A stretch of DNA of 63,561 nt, filler included, from Asterionella formosa (Eukaryota), in NCBI GenBank assembly GCA_002256025.1. It is 10 parts of 10 records of this genome, joined end to end, with 100 filler letters (N's around TTAATTAATTAA, not from the genome) between each part and the next. Parts side by side here need not be neighbours in the genome. Positions count along the whole stretch, not along the records: positions 1 to 25,222 come from NKIB01002032.1; positions 25,323 to 50,534 come from NKIB01002035.1; 8 more parts are not named here. One strand, 5' to 3'. Both the position numbers and the translations under genes were made by a program. The notes beneath the pieces were generated by a model. That model was not told where the DNA came from. It saw nothing but the letters and a program-made list of their open reading frames with translations, and did no database searches. Of this stretch, positions 22,050-34,700 are shown piece by piece. Every line of letters begins with the position of its first letter. Position 1 is the first letter of the stretch.

Positions 22050-23117
22050 TTAATAGAAAATAGTTTTGACACGATGATGTGGCGATAGTTGGCCTTTTTC
22101 ATGTAAGGCTTCTCCCACTTGCCATAAGTGCCAATCCAATTCGACGGCCGTTATTTTTTTCGCGGTTCTTGTATGAAGTAGTGCAGCCAATTCGTCCACA
22201 ACCACCACAGTCGCTGCGCGTATAGAAACTTCTTCCTCCCGAGTTAATGTCTCGTCGAAGGTATCAACTTTCGTACTCAATGCGGTACTATATTCCAATA
22301 TTCCAACATGTCGTAATAACTGTGGAATTCGGTAATCTGCGAATGTTGTCAAATGATCCATATTTGAAAGATTCAAATTCAAAGCCGCATTTAAATCCCC
22401 AACCGTAATCTGCGCTCGCTTATACAAGGCTACCCACTTGCCATTCCATATAGTTTCATCTCTAAATCCTGGAATGTAAGAAACGAGTAATTTTACCAAT
22501 CGTGGCCCATCGTTCTGGCTGAGATTCAACATGGTGTTGAGGACGTTATTGCAAGTTCCATTCATAGTAGTACAAAAGGGTGGTGCCAATAGGACGTGTC
22601 CTAATTCATTCCACAATCTGCATCGCTCTGCAATGTTGGGTAGTGTCATGCCTGGAAGCAAGTGAGATTCAATCGCAAGTTTCATTTCTTGTACTGTAAT
22701 GTTTGACAAATGCAACGGTGAGAAAAAGTATTCTTCCGATGATGACGATGATGCCAATTTGGTTAATGCCACGGCTAAATGATTGTATTCCAATGGATTG
22801 CTTCGTTTCATGTCGTCATGATCTTCGTTTGGCCAAAAACAAAAATTAATTGCATCTAATGCTAAAATGTAAAGAGCAATACGTTCTTTCCGCTCTTGTC
22901 CTGCTGATGGTGGATACTCAGATGCTGTATAATGCCATCCTTCCTCGTCCCAAGTAATATTTGTTGTTGTTGGTATAGAATCAACAAAATCCGTTACTCG
23001 ATCCATATGAATTGTAACATGCTGTGTTTCGGACATGACCAAGCGACATGTTCGTTTCACGTTGGCACAAGGACATGTGGTTGGAGGAAGTGGTATTGCT
23101 GTGATAGGTGGACTCAT
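22050..23117 (-). CDS. QNG1: Queuosine 5'-phosphate N-glycosylase/hydrolase (queuosine salvage protein, DUF2419)
   Basis: LDAINFCFW, GFRDE, YKRAQI, LTTFADYRIPQLLR, EEVSIRAATV, LDWHLW and C-terminal HHRVKTIFY. Confidence 0.92.
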   Translation of the reverse strand: MSPPITAIPLPPTTCPCANVKRTCRLVMSETQHVTIHMDRVTDFVDSIPTTTNITWDEEGWHYTASEYPPSAGQERKERIALYILALDAINFCFWPNEDHDDMKRSNPLEYNHLAVALTKLASSSSSEEYFFSPLHLSNITVQEMKLAIESHLLPGMTLPNIAERCRLWNELGHVLLAPPFCTTMNGTCNNVLNTMLNLSQNDGPRLVKLLVSYIPGFRDETIWNGKWVALYKRAQITVGDLNAALNLNLSNMDHLTTFADYRIPQLLRHVGILEYSTALSTKVDTFDETLTREEEVSIRAATVVVVDELAALLHTRTAKKITAVELDWHLWQVGEALHEKGQLSPHHRVKTIFY

Positions 23118-23946
23118 ACTCAAGTCAATCGGTAGGAATTTTATTTGATCATTAGTAAAATAAATGAGGACGATGGCATATCATGAAATGTTGAGTTCCT
23201 GTTGATGAATGGATGGATGGTGTAAATAAGAATTAGTTAAATGATGCATAGTCCCGGTACCTGGTACTCCTACCAGGTACTCTACCAGGTACCAGGTACC
23301 ATAACGTGACTGGTATATATATGTTGGTCACAAGACAATTTTTTTTGTGATCGAGGTGATACACGGAGGAGATACTCTAGCACCGGTCAGTACCAGGTAC
23401 CAGGGTACCAGGGACCAACCCCAAGGACCCGTGGTATCAGGGGTCGTACTACCGGTAGCTGGTTTTTTACCAGTGGTTGCTTATTAGCATTGCTTTGCTT
23501 TTTTATTTTCTCTTGCTGCTGCTGCTCATGCATATATGATACCGTATTTCTGACTTTGCTACTCCGAGGAGTTGTAGTTACTACCGGTGGTTACTGTTCA
23601 TCCGTAGTACCGGTACAGTTGCTGACACGAAAGCGAAGAATGAGGAGCATGCAAGCAAAAGGTGTGATTCTGACTAATTCCGGTTACTGGTACCTGGTAC
23701 CAGGTAGCCTACCGTTATGCATTTTGTATGATGACATGATGTATACTGGTACTCTTGTGAATCCAACAAGGAGCCGTATTATTCTTGGCATCTCCCAATG
23801 ACTCCCACTTTCATTGCTGCGCTAATCACTATCACATCATTTGTTATTCCCCATCGCTGCTAAAGGTCGTTTGTATTTGATAATAAATACTCCTACTTTA
23901 TAGATAGCAACAGCAGCAACATCAACAAAAAGACAACTGCTGCATC

Positions 23947-24777
23947 ATGTGGATATATGAAACAGCTGAACGATTGTTTTCATCCCCTGTCTCATTGGAC
24001 GTAATCCTCTTTTCTGGGCTCATTTTAGTTGCCTTTGAAGCTCTGAATTATTTAACACTCCACACTCAGCGATGGACCACTTCAACGACTCCCACTATTC
24101 CAGTACGAGGCAAACATTTGGATGACTTGAGTATCAAAGATCATCTCTTCATTTCACTGAATAAACTGGCCACTCCACCCTTTACGTATCTGTATCTCCA
24201 ATTTGCCTGGCGCAGCAGCACGCCCCACACCCACATGACTTTATGGAATACCCTCCTACCAATTCCTCTTTTGTTTCTAGTATACGATCTTGTGTATACT
24301 CTACTCCACGGGATGTTGCATGTACCAGCCATTTATAGCATGGTCCACAAACATCATCATCAACAAAAGGCACCGTCGCGTGCCAATGTTGACGCGGTCA
24401 ATGTCCATCCATTGGAATTCTTTTTGGGAGAATACAATCATTTACTTGCCCTTTATGTGGTGCGCACCTACTTTAAGATACAAGTTCATTGTGTCGCTGC
24501 CATTGCGTTTTTAGCCATCGGGGCCATGTTGACTGGATGGAATCACACTCGATTTGACATTACTTGGTGGTTCCTTTATGATAGCAAGGTACATGATGTT
24601 CATCATCGGATCCCAAGATCAAACTATGGTCAATATACCATGATTTGGGATAAAGTCTTTGGAACCTTTCGACCTTATGATCCCATGGATCGAATCCAAC
24701 CAGAGGCGCAATTGGACCCAAAGACCGGAAAAAGTTTCAATTATGTGAAGAGTGGAATCAAGAAAAAGGAATCGTAA
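23947..24777 (+). CDS. Fatty acid hydroxylase / sterol desaturase superfamily membrane protein
   Basis: His boxes HGMLH, HKHHH, HPLE, NH, HDVHH, plus NYGQYTMIWDKVFGT and hydrophobic helices. Confidence 0.9.
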   Translation: MWIYETAERLFSSPVSLDVILFSGLILVAFEALNYLTLHTQRWTTSTTPTIPVRGKHLDDLSIKDHLFISLNKLATPPFTYLYLQFAWRSSTPHTHMTLWNTLLPIPLLFLVYDLVYTLLHGMLHVPAIYSMVHKHHHQQKAPSRANVDAVNVHPLEFFLGEYNHLLALYVVRTYFKIQVHCVAAIAFLAIGAMLTGWNHTRFDITWWFLYDSKVHDVHHRIPRSNYGQYTMIWDKVFGTFRPYDPMDRIQPEAQLDPKTGKSFNYVKSGIKKKES

Positions 24778-25222
24778 AACGTTAACTACAAATAGAAACA
24801 ATGACATCACCATCAGATGATAGATGGGTCTTTATTCGCAATCTGCTGCGTGTCGGCTTTCTTATTTTATGTATGCCACATGACAAGGAGGGAGGGGTTG
24901 TATTTGTCCACACCGCACTTGACGATCATCAGTCATGGCGATACCATCGGTTTTGTTCCCGATTTATCGACGTGGTTGATATACAAAGCCACCACGTCCA
25001 CACTATTTACAATTCATACCCAAGCCTCCCTAGATAAATTCAGATGTTTGATCGTAACGTTGGCATAGTGATGTAGTATCTTGGTCTGGAGTGCAGTAAA
25101 TGACGAGTATCGGCCATGTGTCAACACATGAAGGAAAGAGTCGCTGTCGTCATGAAATCACAAATAGATACCGGTAAGCCTCGTTGTTGCCTCAACAATA
25201 TATGTTTGTATCACAGATGATG

Positions 25223-25322
25223 NNNNNNNNNNNNNNNNNNNNNNNNNNNNNNNNNNNNNNNNNNNNTTAATTAATTAANNNNNNNNNNNNNNNNNNNNNN
25301 NNNNNNNNNNNNNNNNNNNNNN
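25223..25322. other. Artificial contig linker (N44-TTAATTAATTAA-N44, six-frame stop spacer)
   Basis: Identical 100-nt linkers also at 50535-50634, 52166-52265, 53797-53896, 55423-55522, 57051-57150, 58679-58778, 60307-60406 and 61934-62033. Confidence 0.98.
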
Positions 25323-26345
25323 ACCCCTTATCGCTCTGGCCTGGTCTATGACCGCATTGTGCCTGATGGTGCTGAACTTTCCCCCAAAGCTCGCGCGGCC
25401 ATTATTACACAATACCAGTCACTCATTGGGGCTCTCAATTGGCTGGCTGTCAGCACACGTCCTGATGTCTCTGTGGCCCTCACTCTCCTGGCTCAGCACA
25501 ACTCCTATGCCACCCCTGCTCACCTTTTAGGTGCCAAGTATGTGTTACGATACCTGGCTGGCTCTGCCGATCATGGCATTGCCTTTACCTCGCAATTTGC
25601 TTCCTCATACCTCTCCACCACCTTTGGCTGGCCCAAGGACACTCCCACTCTCACCACTTACACCGATGCCAACTGGGGCCCCCAAGATGCTTCCACACCC
25701 CACCCCACCGACATCATCTCTCTTGCCGAGTGTTGCTCCCTTCTTGGTTCCATCAGTACACGTACAGGTGGCCCCATTGCCTGGCATGTCATTCGTGAAC
25801 CTCGTGTGAGCCGCAGTACCTGCGAATCTGAAATCAAATCTGCAGATGAGGGCACCAAGGTTACCCAATTCATCCGCCATATCCTTAGTGACCTCCACAT
25901 GCCTGATGTAACTCTCCCCACCCCTCTTTGGAATGACAACTGAGGTGCTGTGGACTGGTCCCACAACTGTGCTAACAAAAAGATGCGGCATATTAATATC
26001 CGCAACATGGCTGTGCGCGACGCTCACCGTTTTTCCGAAATCTTTGTCACCCACCTCCCAGGGGATACCAATGTTGCTGATCTGTTCACCAAAGAACATA
26101 AAGATGATGCCCATTTTCTCCGCCTCCGCAATATTATTGTCCCGTCTCATGGGAATTTTCTCACTTGAGGGGGGTGTTGGTACCATATACCGGTTACTCC
26201 GTATATCCTACCAAGATTCCTGTAAGTGCTTAATTCCCGTGAGTACTGGTCCCTCTACAGCTAGTTAAATACTACTTTAGAATCTCAGTTCCTTGTTAAT
26301 GTAGCTGCCGCTGGCATCCGTTGCAAGCGTTTCTCCCTCTCAACA
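25323..26345 (+). mobile_element. Ty1/copia LTR retrotransposon 3' end (RT C-terminus, RNase H, PPT, 3' LTR), with in-frame stop
   Basis: YQSLIGALNWLAVSTRPD, YTDANWG, SRSTCESEI, NDN*GAVDW (TGA 25941-25943), RHINIR, NVADLFTK. PPT GAGGGGGG at 26167-26174. Confidence 0.93.
26175..26345 (+). repeat. 3' LTR (171 bp, TGTTG...CAACA)
   Basis: Begins immediately after the PPT and has 5-bp inverted termini. Confidence 0.8.
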
Positions 26346-26743
26346 CACACAGTAGTCTAGTTGTGTACCGGTAATGATATGAAGCGAGTAAATACCAGTC
26401 TGTACCAGTAGTATTTGCTGTATCATGCCGTAATGATTATACATAGGAATATAACGGTGTACTACATGATGGCTAAAAACCTTCTACTCCGAGAGTAAGT
26501 ACCAGTAGTCTACTTAGTACCAAACTCTATAGTAGTGGTATACCGGTATACTATTTGCATGTAATGCATCGAGCATGATGTGAGGACTCCTGTCCTCGTG
26601 GAGGCTTCTCAGCGAGGGAGAGTTCAGCATGTTTTCATCAATTGCTCGAAACTGTACAGTACAAGAAAACTCATTCATTTCAGCCACAGCAACCTTGCTG
26701 TCAGTTGTCCTGTCCAATAACGTAGGCTAAAGCCTTTAAGCAA

Positions 26744-27595
26744 CTACTTTTGTTTCTTCATTCCTCCCTTTTTGATGTCCTTGGCTGGCAAAAATTCGGT
26801 AGCAATATCGCAATCTTGTACCTTAATCATTGCAGATTTTTCTCCTTTCGGTGCACTTCTCAGTTCTACCACATCGAACCAATACCGTTGTCCGTTGTAG
26901 TCAAAGGCAATCGTCGACCCTCGGGTAAGTGCAGAATAATGCTTCAACTCAGTCTCCAAAACCGCCTGCGGGTTGGCTATCTCCTTGGCGAACTTGCTAG
27001 AATGAGGTCGAAGTTGGGCCGCACTGCCTGACGGAACGGTCGTAATCAATCGTACATCCACCACATCTCTAGGCTGCAATCCTAACGCTCGCATCTGCCA
27101 CCACGGCAGGAAGATGTAATTTGAAGGCGCCCGAAAATCCAACGGTCCCCCCACGACCCTGTCCAAATGCGCAGCAGTGTACTGATCAGATACTTCCACT
27201 CGATCGAACGTGACCCCCTCTACTCGACTCACTTCCATGAGCCACGGCACTTCCGCCCTGGCCTTTTCAATAGCAGTCCAGAAGTTATGTGGAACACTCA
27301 TCTTGTCTCCAGTTTGGACATGATCACGGGAAAAGACTCCCATGGGCGGATTGAAACGATCATCAAGAGGCAGGCAAATTAGACGGCGCTTGCTGCAGGC
27401 GGTGACGGCGTCGGGTGCAGTTGCAAGCCATTGGGCGTTGTAGTCCTCGACTTGTTGTTCAAGTGTGGCCAGTGCTTGCGATGTCTCGAAACGCGTGCCA
27501 AAGAGTTTGGCAATTCCGGATTTGAACGAAATTGGCTCTGTTGAGGCAGATGCGGAGTATATCAGAGGACTGAGGAGGAACCAACGGGCCTTCAT
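26744..27595 (-). CDS. UFD1: Ufd1 (UT3 domain) protein with N-terminal signal peptide; probable SELMA symbiont-specific sUfd1
   Basis: GDKMSVP, FRAPSNYIFLPWWQMRALGL, LRPHSSKF..IANPQAVLETELKHYSALTRGSTI, DCDIATEFLP. Signal-like MKARWFLLSPLIYSASA. Lacks the long UT6 tail. Confidence 0.8.
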   Translation of the reverse strand: MKARWFLLSPLIYSASASTEPISFKSGIAKLFGTRFETSQALATLEQQVEDYNAQWLATAPDAVTACSKRRLICLPLDDRFNPPMGVFSRDHVQTGDKMSVPHNFWTAIEKARAEVPWLMEVSRVEGVTFDRVEVSDQYTAAHLDRVVGGPLDFRAPSNYIFLPWWQMRALGLQPRDVVDVRLITTVPSGSAAQLRPHSSKFAKEIANPQAVLETELKHYSALTRGSTIAFDYNGQRYWFDVVELRSAPKGEKSAMIKVQDCDIATEFLPAKDIKKGGMKKQK

Positions 27596-28736
27596 TTTCG
27601 TGATTTGGTAGTTCAACGAAGGAATGAAGTGACTGCTTGTAATTAAGTATCGCTAAGAAATACGTTCACCAGAACCTGAAGGGAATCTGAAGTTGGAGTG
27701 AAAACTAATACCGGTACGGTAGTGGGTACACAGTGTAGTAATACAGGTAGTTGTATATATATGGTATGTAGTATCATGTAGAGTGGGTACCAGGTACCAG
27801 GGCAACAAACAGAACAGGTATCTACCTGTTCTGTAGGTACCGGGATACCGGAAGATTAGACGGTCGAGATACAACATAGAATCCTGTTACCTGATAAGGG
27901 ACCGGTACCTGGTACCTGCCAAGTACTTCCTAACTGTTGATTGTACCAGTATCATCATACATTCGCTCGTGATTGCTAGAATAAAGCAAATTACCGGTAG
28001 CTAAGAATTGCTCAAGATCCACAAATTGCAACTTGTTGGCTCCTGAGCTATGATGGTTCTTCCCTTCAAAATCTGAAACTCGGAGTCGTTTCACCGAACA
28101 GGAGGCGGTACCATGGGTAAAGTCTCAAGTTTCTACTGCAATGTGCCACAAAGGGTGTGACTGGGATTTTCAAGTGAACACTGTTGTCGTGTCGTTGCAT
28201 TTGTAAAAGATCTCCAATGATCAGGGAGGAGCATTGCCATCTGGAGGAAAGCTTCAAGTGTCTACCGGTACCAGGGTACTGTGATGTGCTACATCATAGC
28301 GAGATTGAAACTTTCACGTGAACACTGTTTGTTCGGTAGCGAAGGTAGCAGGTAGCAGATCTCAGATGATCTCACTTTTTTGTACTTGATTCGCAGTTTC
28401 GCAGAAGCAAACAAGTGTATCTTTCGGAGCATACCCGATAAGTGCACTGACAGCTGCTTGTATTGCAGTACCACCGTCCATCAATCTTCAAACCATCATC
28501 TGATCTCTCATCAGGAGGAGATACTATCTATTGATGAGGTGAGAATAGTTAGCGCTGTCTTGTTTCAGGGTATATCATTACTTTTATACGTTTTGCCATA
28601 TTTTTGTCGTGAAACAGACCACATCATGGAAGCCACTTGAGTACGGACGAGTTTTTATCGTCTCCCTCGTGTACATCACCTAGTTTGGAAAATTTCTCTC
28701 TCACTTATTCTCCTGTGAAAACACTTGCAACTCAGA

Positions 28737-31700
28737 ATGAAGATAAACAACGAAATTGCGACATCGAATGTGTCGCCAAGCGACAACACGGAAGAACCCT
28801 ACGATGGTAAGGATTTTCTTTCCTGACCATATTGACATATACTCAAACATCAACGACCCACTCACATTCGGTCTTGCATTGTTTTCTAAGAACACATTGA
28901 AGTGTTTCAAAAGACTTTGTACACAATTATGATTCATTGTATCGGTGTAAATCATTGCCAACCCCAAACTTTCTCCCTCGACGAATGCGAAAGTTTGAGC
29001 TCGACAAAGGAGGTTCAAAACTCCTCTCAAATAAGCGTTATTTTGCCTCGCACAAATTGGGATGACAATATGGAGATTGTAGGACTCGAGGGAGACATGC
29101 ATGGAACTGTGGCGGTGTGTGATCAATCAGATGAGTCTAGTATTGTTCGTTTCGTTAATCTTGCAGCTGGAAAGGGAGCATTAGTTGTGTTCATATTTGA
29201 TGTTGATCCGAACAAGCGTTTCGACTCCCATGTTCCTGTATTTTCGATTCCGAAGGAATGCGTTGGCACTATCAGGAACGCTGCTTTTGCACAAGTGAAA
29301 TTTCTTCGCAAGCTTCGCGATTCCATGAACACGAGTCACCAACATAGTACCGTACCTCAACAAAGTACTTTAAGCAATGCTGTTTCCTTAGAAACATCTC
29401 CTAATATCGAAACAACACCTGACACCATCATTCCACAAACGAATTCTCACAAAAATGTTTGTCCCATTGATTACATCCAACCTCACAAAAATGAGAAACT
29501 GGAGTACTTGTTGTCGTTTAAATTTTTTAGCTCCAATTCCAAAGCCCCTACATGTCACACTTTTAATGGTAAATGCTTCGACGGTCACAAACTTCCCGGT
29601 AAGATTTCGAAAGTTACTACTCCAGTTGTATGGAAGGATCAACAACAGAAGATCCATTCCTTGTCTGTAGGCGTGAAGGGTAATGCTGTCATTTGCACGA
29701 TCAAGAAATTCAGTGAGCTTGTTGTTCAATATATAGACAAGGCCATCGAAATGGGCGCTATCGCTGTATTTTTGACAGATGAAGTACCTTATAACTTCAG
29801 ATGTTAAATCCCAATTTTCATCATCCCAAAGGAAATCAATGATTTTATCAAACGCTCAGAATCTACTACAATTTCGTTTGAACTGCTCTCGAGCGTCCCT
29901 GTCTACAACCTGGAAGACCAAGGAGAGTTCAATGGGATGCTCCCCTCGTCTTACCATCTTGCTACAAATGTAAAATATGCTATTTCCAAACAGCGAAATA
30001 CACAGGCGAATACAGAAGTACGTTCGTACGCCGCAGTTACCTGTACACCCACAGCGAGGTCGAGCCAAGCTCTTGCAAAGTCTGACACATCTTCAGGTGG
30101 TACACGTGTAATTGTGAAAAATCAAAGTACCAAGGACGTTATTGAGGAAAGGCCAGACGATGGTGGCATTGTTGATTATTTGGTTTCCAGTTTGAAAAGG
30201 TTGATACCACAGCAAGCCAAAACGATTGGCGAGGTCGTCAACGAACTTTTTGGCATATCGAAGTGGGACGACGAGTCATATTTTCGTGTCTATCGCGAAG
30301 CAATCGTTATTTTGGAAAAGGCTCTATCCGAAAAAAACAACAAATCGCTGGTCAAGGGTTTGGATGTCGTTGAATTGCGTGTTGAGCAATCAACTACTCT
30401 CTGATTTGGAATTGTCGGTAGGACCTTCGTTCGCGGATATTGGTGACCTTCTCGCTTCACCAGGATCTTTGCTCGTTGAACAAGCGTATCGCAATCTCCC
30501 TTATCGCTTCAAGAATTTTCTTTCAGACAAATTTTCCAGCCCTGGACACTTTGCAGTAAAGCTTGAATTGATTTCAAAGCTCCACGATATATTTGTCTCT
30601 GAAAAAGAAACCCCAAACTCTTTTGGACAACATCTCATATCGTGTTTAAATGGTGCTGTTGTCACTAGCTCCCCCCATGAGGTCCTCGCCTCATCAGTGC
30701 AGTTAGCCGTGGCGTCTCCAAACCTTTTCTCAGCTGCCAAAAGCACACATTTTCGTCGTCGAGTTGTGATGGTGATTCTAGGCATTGATGTCAATTGCCT
30801 TCTTGCGGACAACGCTGCTCTCCTGATGCAATATTTTTCTGGGGTGCACGTACCTGTATCATTCGATACTTTGATTTGGGTATTAACGGATGAGTTGCAG
30901 AATAAGCTACTGAAAGAAGGCACTATCGTCCAGGCGTGCACTCTGCTGAAAGTCGTAGCGGATAGTATGAACACGGCTCGTCTGCTCGCACAAATCGCCA
31001 CAGCTGTCTTCGCCAAGAAATTTGAGGAATGGAGGCCGCAATCTATTCGCGATTTTATAAGTATAGATGATACTATGTTGACAAATATGATTCATGGATT
31101 ACATCGATTTCGCGCAACATCGCAAGGGATCAATGAATGTTTTGAGATCTCAAAACGATTACTTGAGAAGTGGATTGAGAATTTCGATGATAACTGCCTA
31201 AGTAAAAACGAAATGAACTATGTACTAAATGGAAGCACCATCGATACGTGGAGAGTCCTCTCATCGTTGGTGAATGGAAAACTTCCAGAAATTGAAGCTC
31301 TCGAAAGCAAGTTGAAGACATGGAATAAGCTTCAGACTTCTTTATCTATCATTTTCGTCGGCCCATACAATGGCACCCCTCTAGGTTACATGTTAAAATT
31401 TTATCGATGCGACCAAGCGAAGGCGACACAACTTGGTCGATTGATAAGGGACTTGATTTACCCCACATCAAATTGCAAGGAAAATGTGTCTTTGAAGATT
31501 TTAATTGATCATCTCAAATACGCAGAGTCTTTCATCGCTGAAAATAAGAAGCTGCTGTACATATGTGATTACTTTGTTGGCAATGAGTCCATTTTGTTCA
31601 ATGATTCTTTCATAGTCGCTTCGTCGCGATCATTCGAGGATCTTGTATATGATTTCAGCAATGCAATCAAAGAGTTGGGACGGAAGATGGGACCATCAAG

Positions 31701-34700
31701 CAGCTACGAGTACGCAAGCAAAGCTGCATGCGTTGTTCGTGTTTCCCAGACTAACATCGACCACGAGATGAATGTGCTGCTTAATTGTCGTGAGCTAAGC
31801 TTAACAAATGCAGACATAGAGATTTTTTTAACAATGAGTCTCATCTCAAACATGTCGGAGTCTATGGTACGCTTTGTGAATGGTTGTCGGCAGTTCAAGT
31901 TTGAAGTAACCAGTGACGATGCCTTCGAAGTCGTGGACAATATCACTTGTGTTTTAAAACCAGGCTGCAACTTCGCAGTTGACGAATTTATCGACTTTGC
32001 AGAAAGATTGCGCAGTGCGTTTCGGCCCGGGACTGTCGCTGCTTCGCTTCAAGAGCTGCGGGAATCGATGGAACAGTTACATGCACCCATGAAAATTATC
32101 GCAGTTTTTTCTTTGAATTCTGAAGTGTGGACCTTCATCCGTGATATGCTGTGGTTTGGTGAAGAGGGACTGAAGAGATTCTACAAGGAGTACGAGAATA
32201 TAACAAATGTTATGGTCGGAAGTACGGCATCATACGAAATGTCAGTACTAGATTCGTTAGGTCCTGTTGTTAGGATTGTCTCACCGATAGGATGCCTTGT
32301 CAAAGAAACCAAGTTGAATTCCTTGCTGAACAATCTCTTGTCACAGAAACATCTTTTTGAGCAACTTCAAACCTCTGATCATGACGTGGCCGAAGTCCAA
32401 AAGAATGTATCACTTATTCGGGAATGGTTTTGCCACGGCGTTGATGATGTTTCTGGCGTTTTCAATGTTTTCAAGGCAATTAGGAATACGGGGACATTTT
32501 CGATATTTAAATCAAGTGTCGCCGATTGTAAAAGGAATCGCAACAAGTACACGCAGCTGAGAATATGCTATAATGGAGAAGATGGACGAGAGCAAGAACT
32601 TTGTGAGGAGACATTAGATGAGTTTGTTCACCAGATCGGTCTCATTCAACACGAGAGCGAATATAAGGCTGACATCCAAGGATTTCTCGACCAATATCAG
32701 TTAATGGTCCGGGCAAAGTGCTGCATATCTGAGATGGAATCTGTCGGTTTTAAAATGGATATGTGGTCTACTTGGACCTGTCCTACCGGAGGAAAATTCA
32801 TTGACGAGAGTAGGCAGCTGCTTCACCGGGCTATGGACTCCAATAAATCGAGACAGAACTGGATCAGTCTGATCCGCAAGAAGCACCCTTGGTCGCTTCT
32901 CTTCTGGAATGACGAGTTAGCCGACATGTACCAGCTCCTAGTAGCACAGCAGGGAGATACACCACATCATCACATGCATGAATTAACGCTTATTCTATCT
33001 CGAACAATTATTGGCCTCAACACAATGTACAACACTCAAATCACCGCAGCTCGAACTGTCACTTGCGCTGCTTGTCAGGACCTAGAGGAAGGTTCATCAA
33101 GCTGGCTTGAAATCGTTTCGAAATGCACTTCTTCCTATCGTTTAGAATGTGGCGCAGACACCACCTCCACCTCTCACAATCGCACTAAGCGGGGGCAGAT
33201 GGTGCTGCACACCTTGTCCTGTGATATGCATAGAATGGCAGAGGCGACCCTTCGTGTTCTGACCCATATCTACAATGTAAGTGCGCTTATTGAGATTTTA
33301 TCTTTTCTTCAAATTGTTGATCTCATGCATCTCCCAGACTCGACTTCCTTCATCGTTTGAGGTGTTAGATGCTGAATTTTGCTCCGGACTTGAAGATTTG
33401 TCCATTTTCCTTGACCGAGCGATGCATTTCAGCAACCATATTTTTGCGATTTTCAATGTGGAACATTTAACAGGCAGCCTTATTGAAATTCTCCTCGCCT
33501 TCTTATCAAATCAAGATATCAAAACGGAAGGAGTCAATTTTCACGTTTTACAACGTGAAGGATCCTGTTTTCATCCTTCGCCCTGGATTCATGGTCGTGT
33601 TTGGGACATGGATGCATTGAATCTTGACGGTGAAACTGCCGACGGAGGAAGCATGATCTGGAGAGAGTCAATGATTGATGGCAATAACATCCAGCATGTT
33701 ACGGTGATGAGTAGCGAATACTGCGGTACAGGAAAGACATTTCTTATAACCAGAAAGCTGGAATCTTTTGTTTTAGAACGCGCTGAGGCTCGAGTGGGTG
33801 TTGTCAGTGTTCATGAAGGGACTACTTACGCTTCCTTAGTGGAAGATCTTCGTCACAAATTTTCCACAGGAATTGGTGACCGAGCGGTCCATTTCATATT
33901 GACCACACTACCGACCGACACAGCTAGATCGTTGCGATTGCTTCGGGCACTCAATCACTTTTTCTTTTCTCTTTTAGCACTCCGACAAGTTCGAAGTGAA
34001 TCAACGGGTGAGTCATTTTACCTTGATCGAGGAAAATGGCACATTTTTATCGAATTTCCGTCAGGGTTTGCAAATGAATTCTATGTCGATTGGATACAGA
34101 GGAACACTCCTGTTCTGGGTTTGTGTGTGGTATACTCGCAGCCACACGAAGGATTTCTTATCAGCGATCAAGGGCGACGAGTCTGTACTTACCTTCGGGC
34201 GTATACAGATGGTACCATCAATAGGAAATTCGAACAAAAGGCTAACAAGCAGATTCTCTTCGTGCTTGATAAGTCAGGGAGTATGGGGGAAAGTGTTGGC
34301 AACGGCCAAACAGCACTAAGCACTGCAATCAGTAATGCGTTACGTATTATTGATAGTCATGTTTGTGTCGGAGACGTGAGTATCGTTGTGAACATTGCGT
34401 ACATATGATCAGTTCAATAATTATTTTACTCAGTCAAAAATGAAATTTTAACAGACGTTTGGAGTTGTCATGTTCGACCACAATGTTTCTGTTCTAGTGG
34501 CACCACACAAGGTTGTGAATGAAACGACAATGGCTGATGCCTGTTTGCGTCTCGACAATGCAAGATTTCCCGATGAAATTGGCGGGACTATGATGTATAC
34601 TGGACTTGGCTACGCCATAAATGCCGTCCAACAAGATCCGTCCATGGAATCTTGGATAATTTGCCTCACCGATGGTTGCTCGGCTGACTCATGTGATCTT

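Noticed and set aside
1575..23117. tRNA-metabolism cluster (FARS2 + QNG1)
   Set aside because: The genes are 20 kb apart with unrelated genes between them, act on different tRNAs and probably in different compartments.
24810..25222. Minus-strand frame with several TGA/TAA interruptions, possibly a pseudogene
   Set aside because: No recognisable domain, and it is cut by the contig end.
25605..26186. 193-aa antisense ORF, and similar shadow ORFs such as 51535-52221, 30501-31016 and 45382-45891
   Set aside because: They overlap well-supported coding sequence on the opposite strand and show no motifs of their own.
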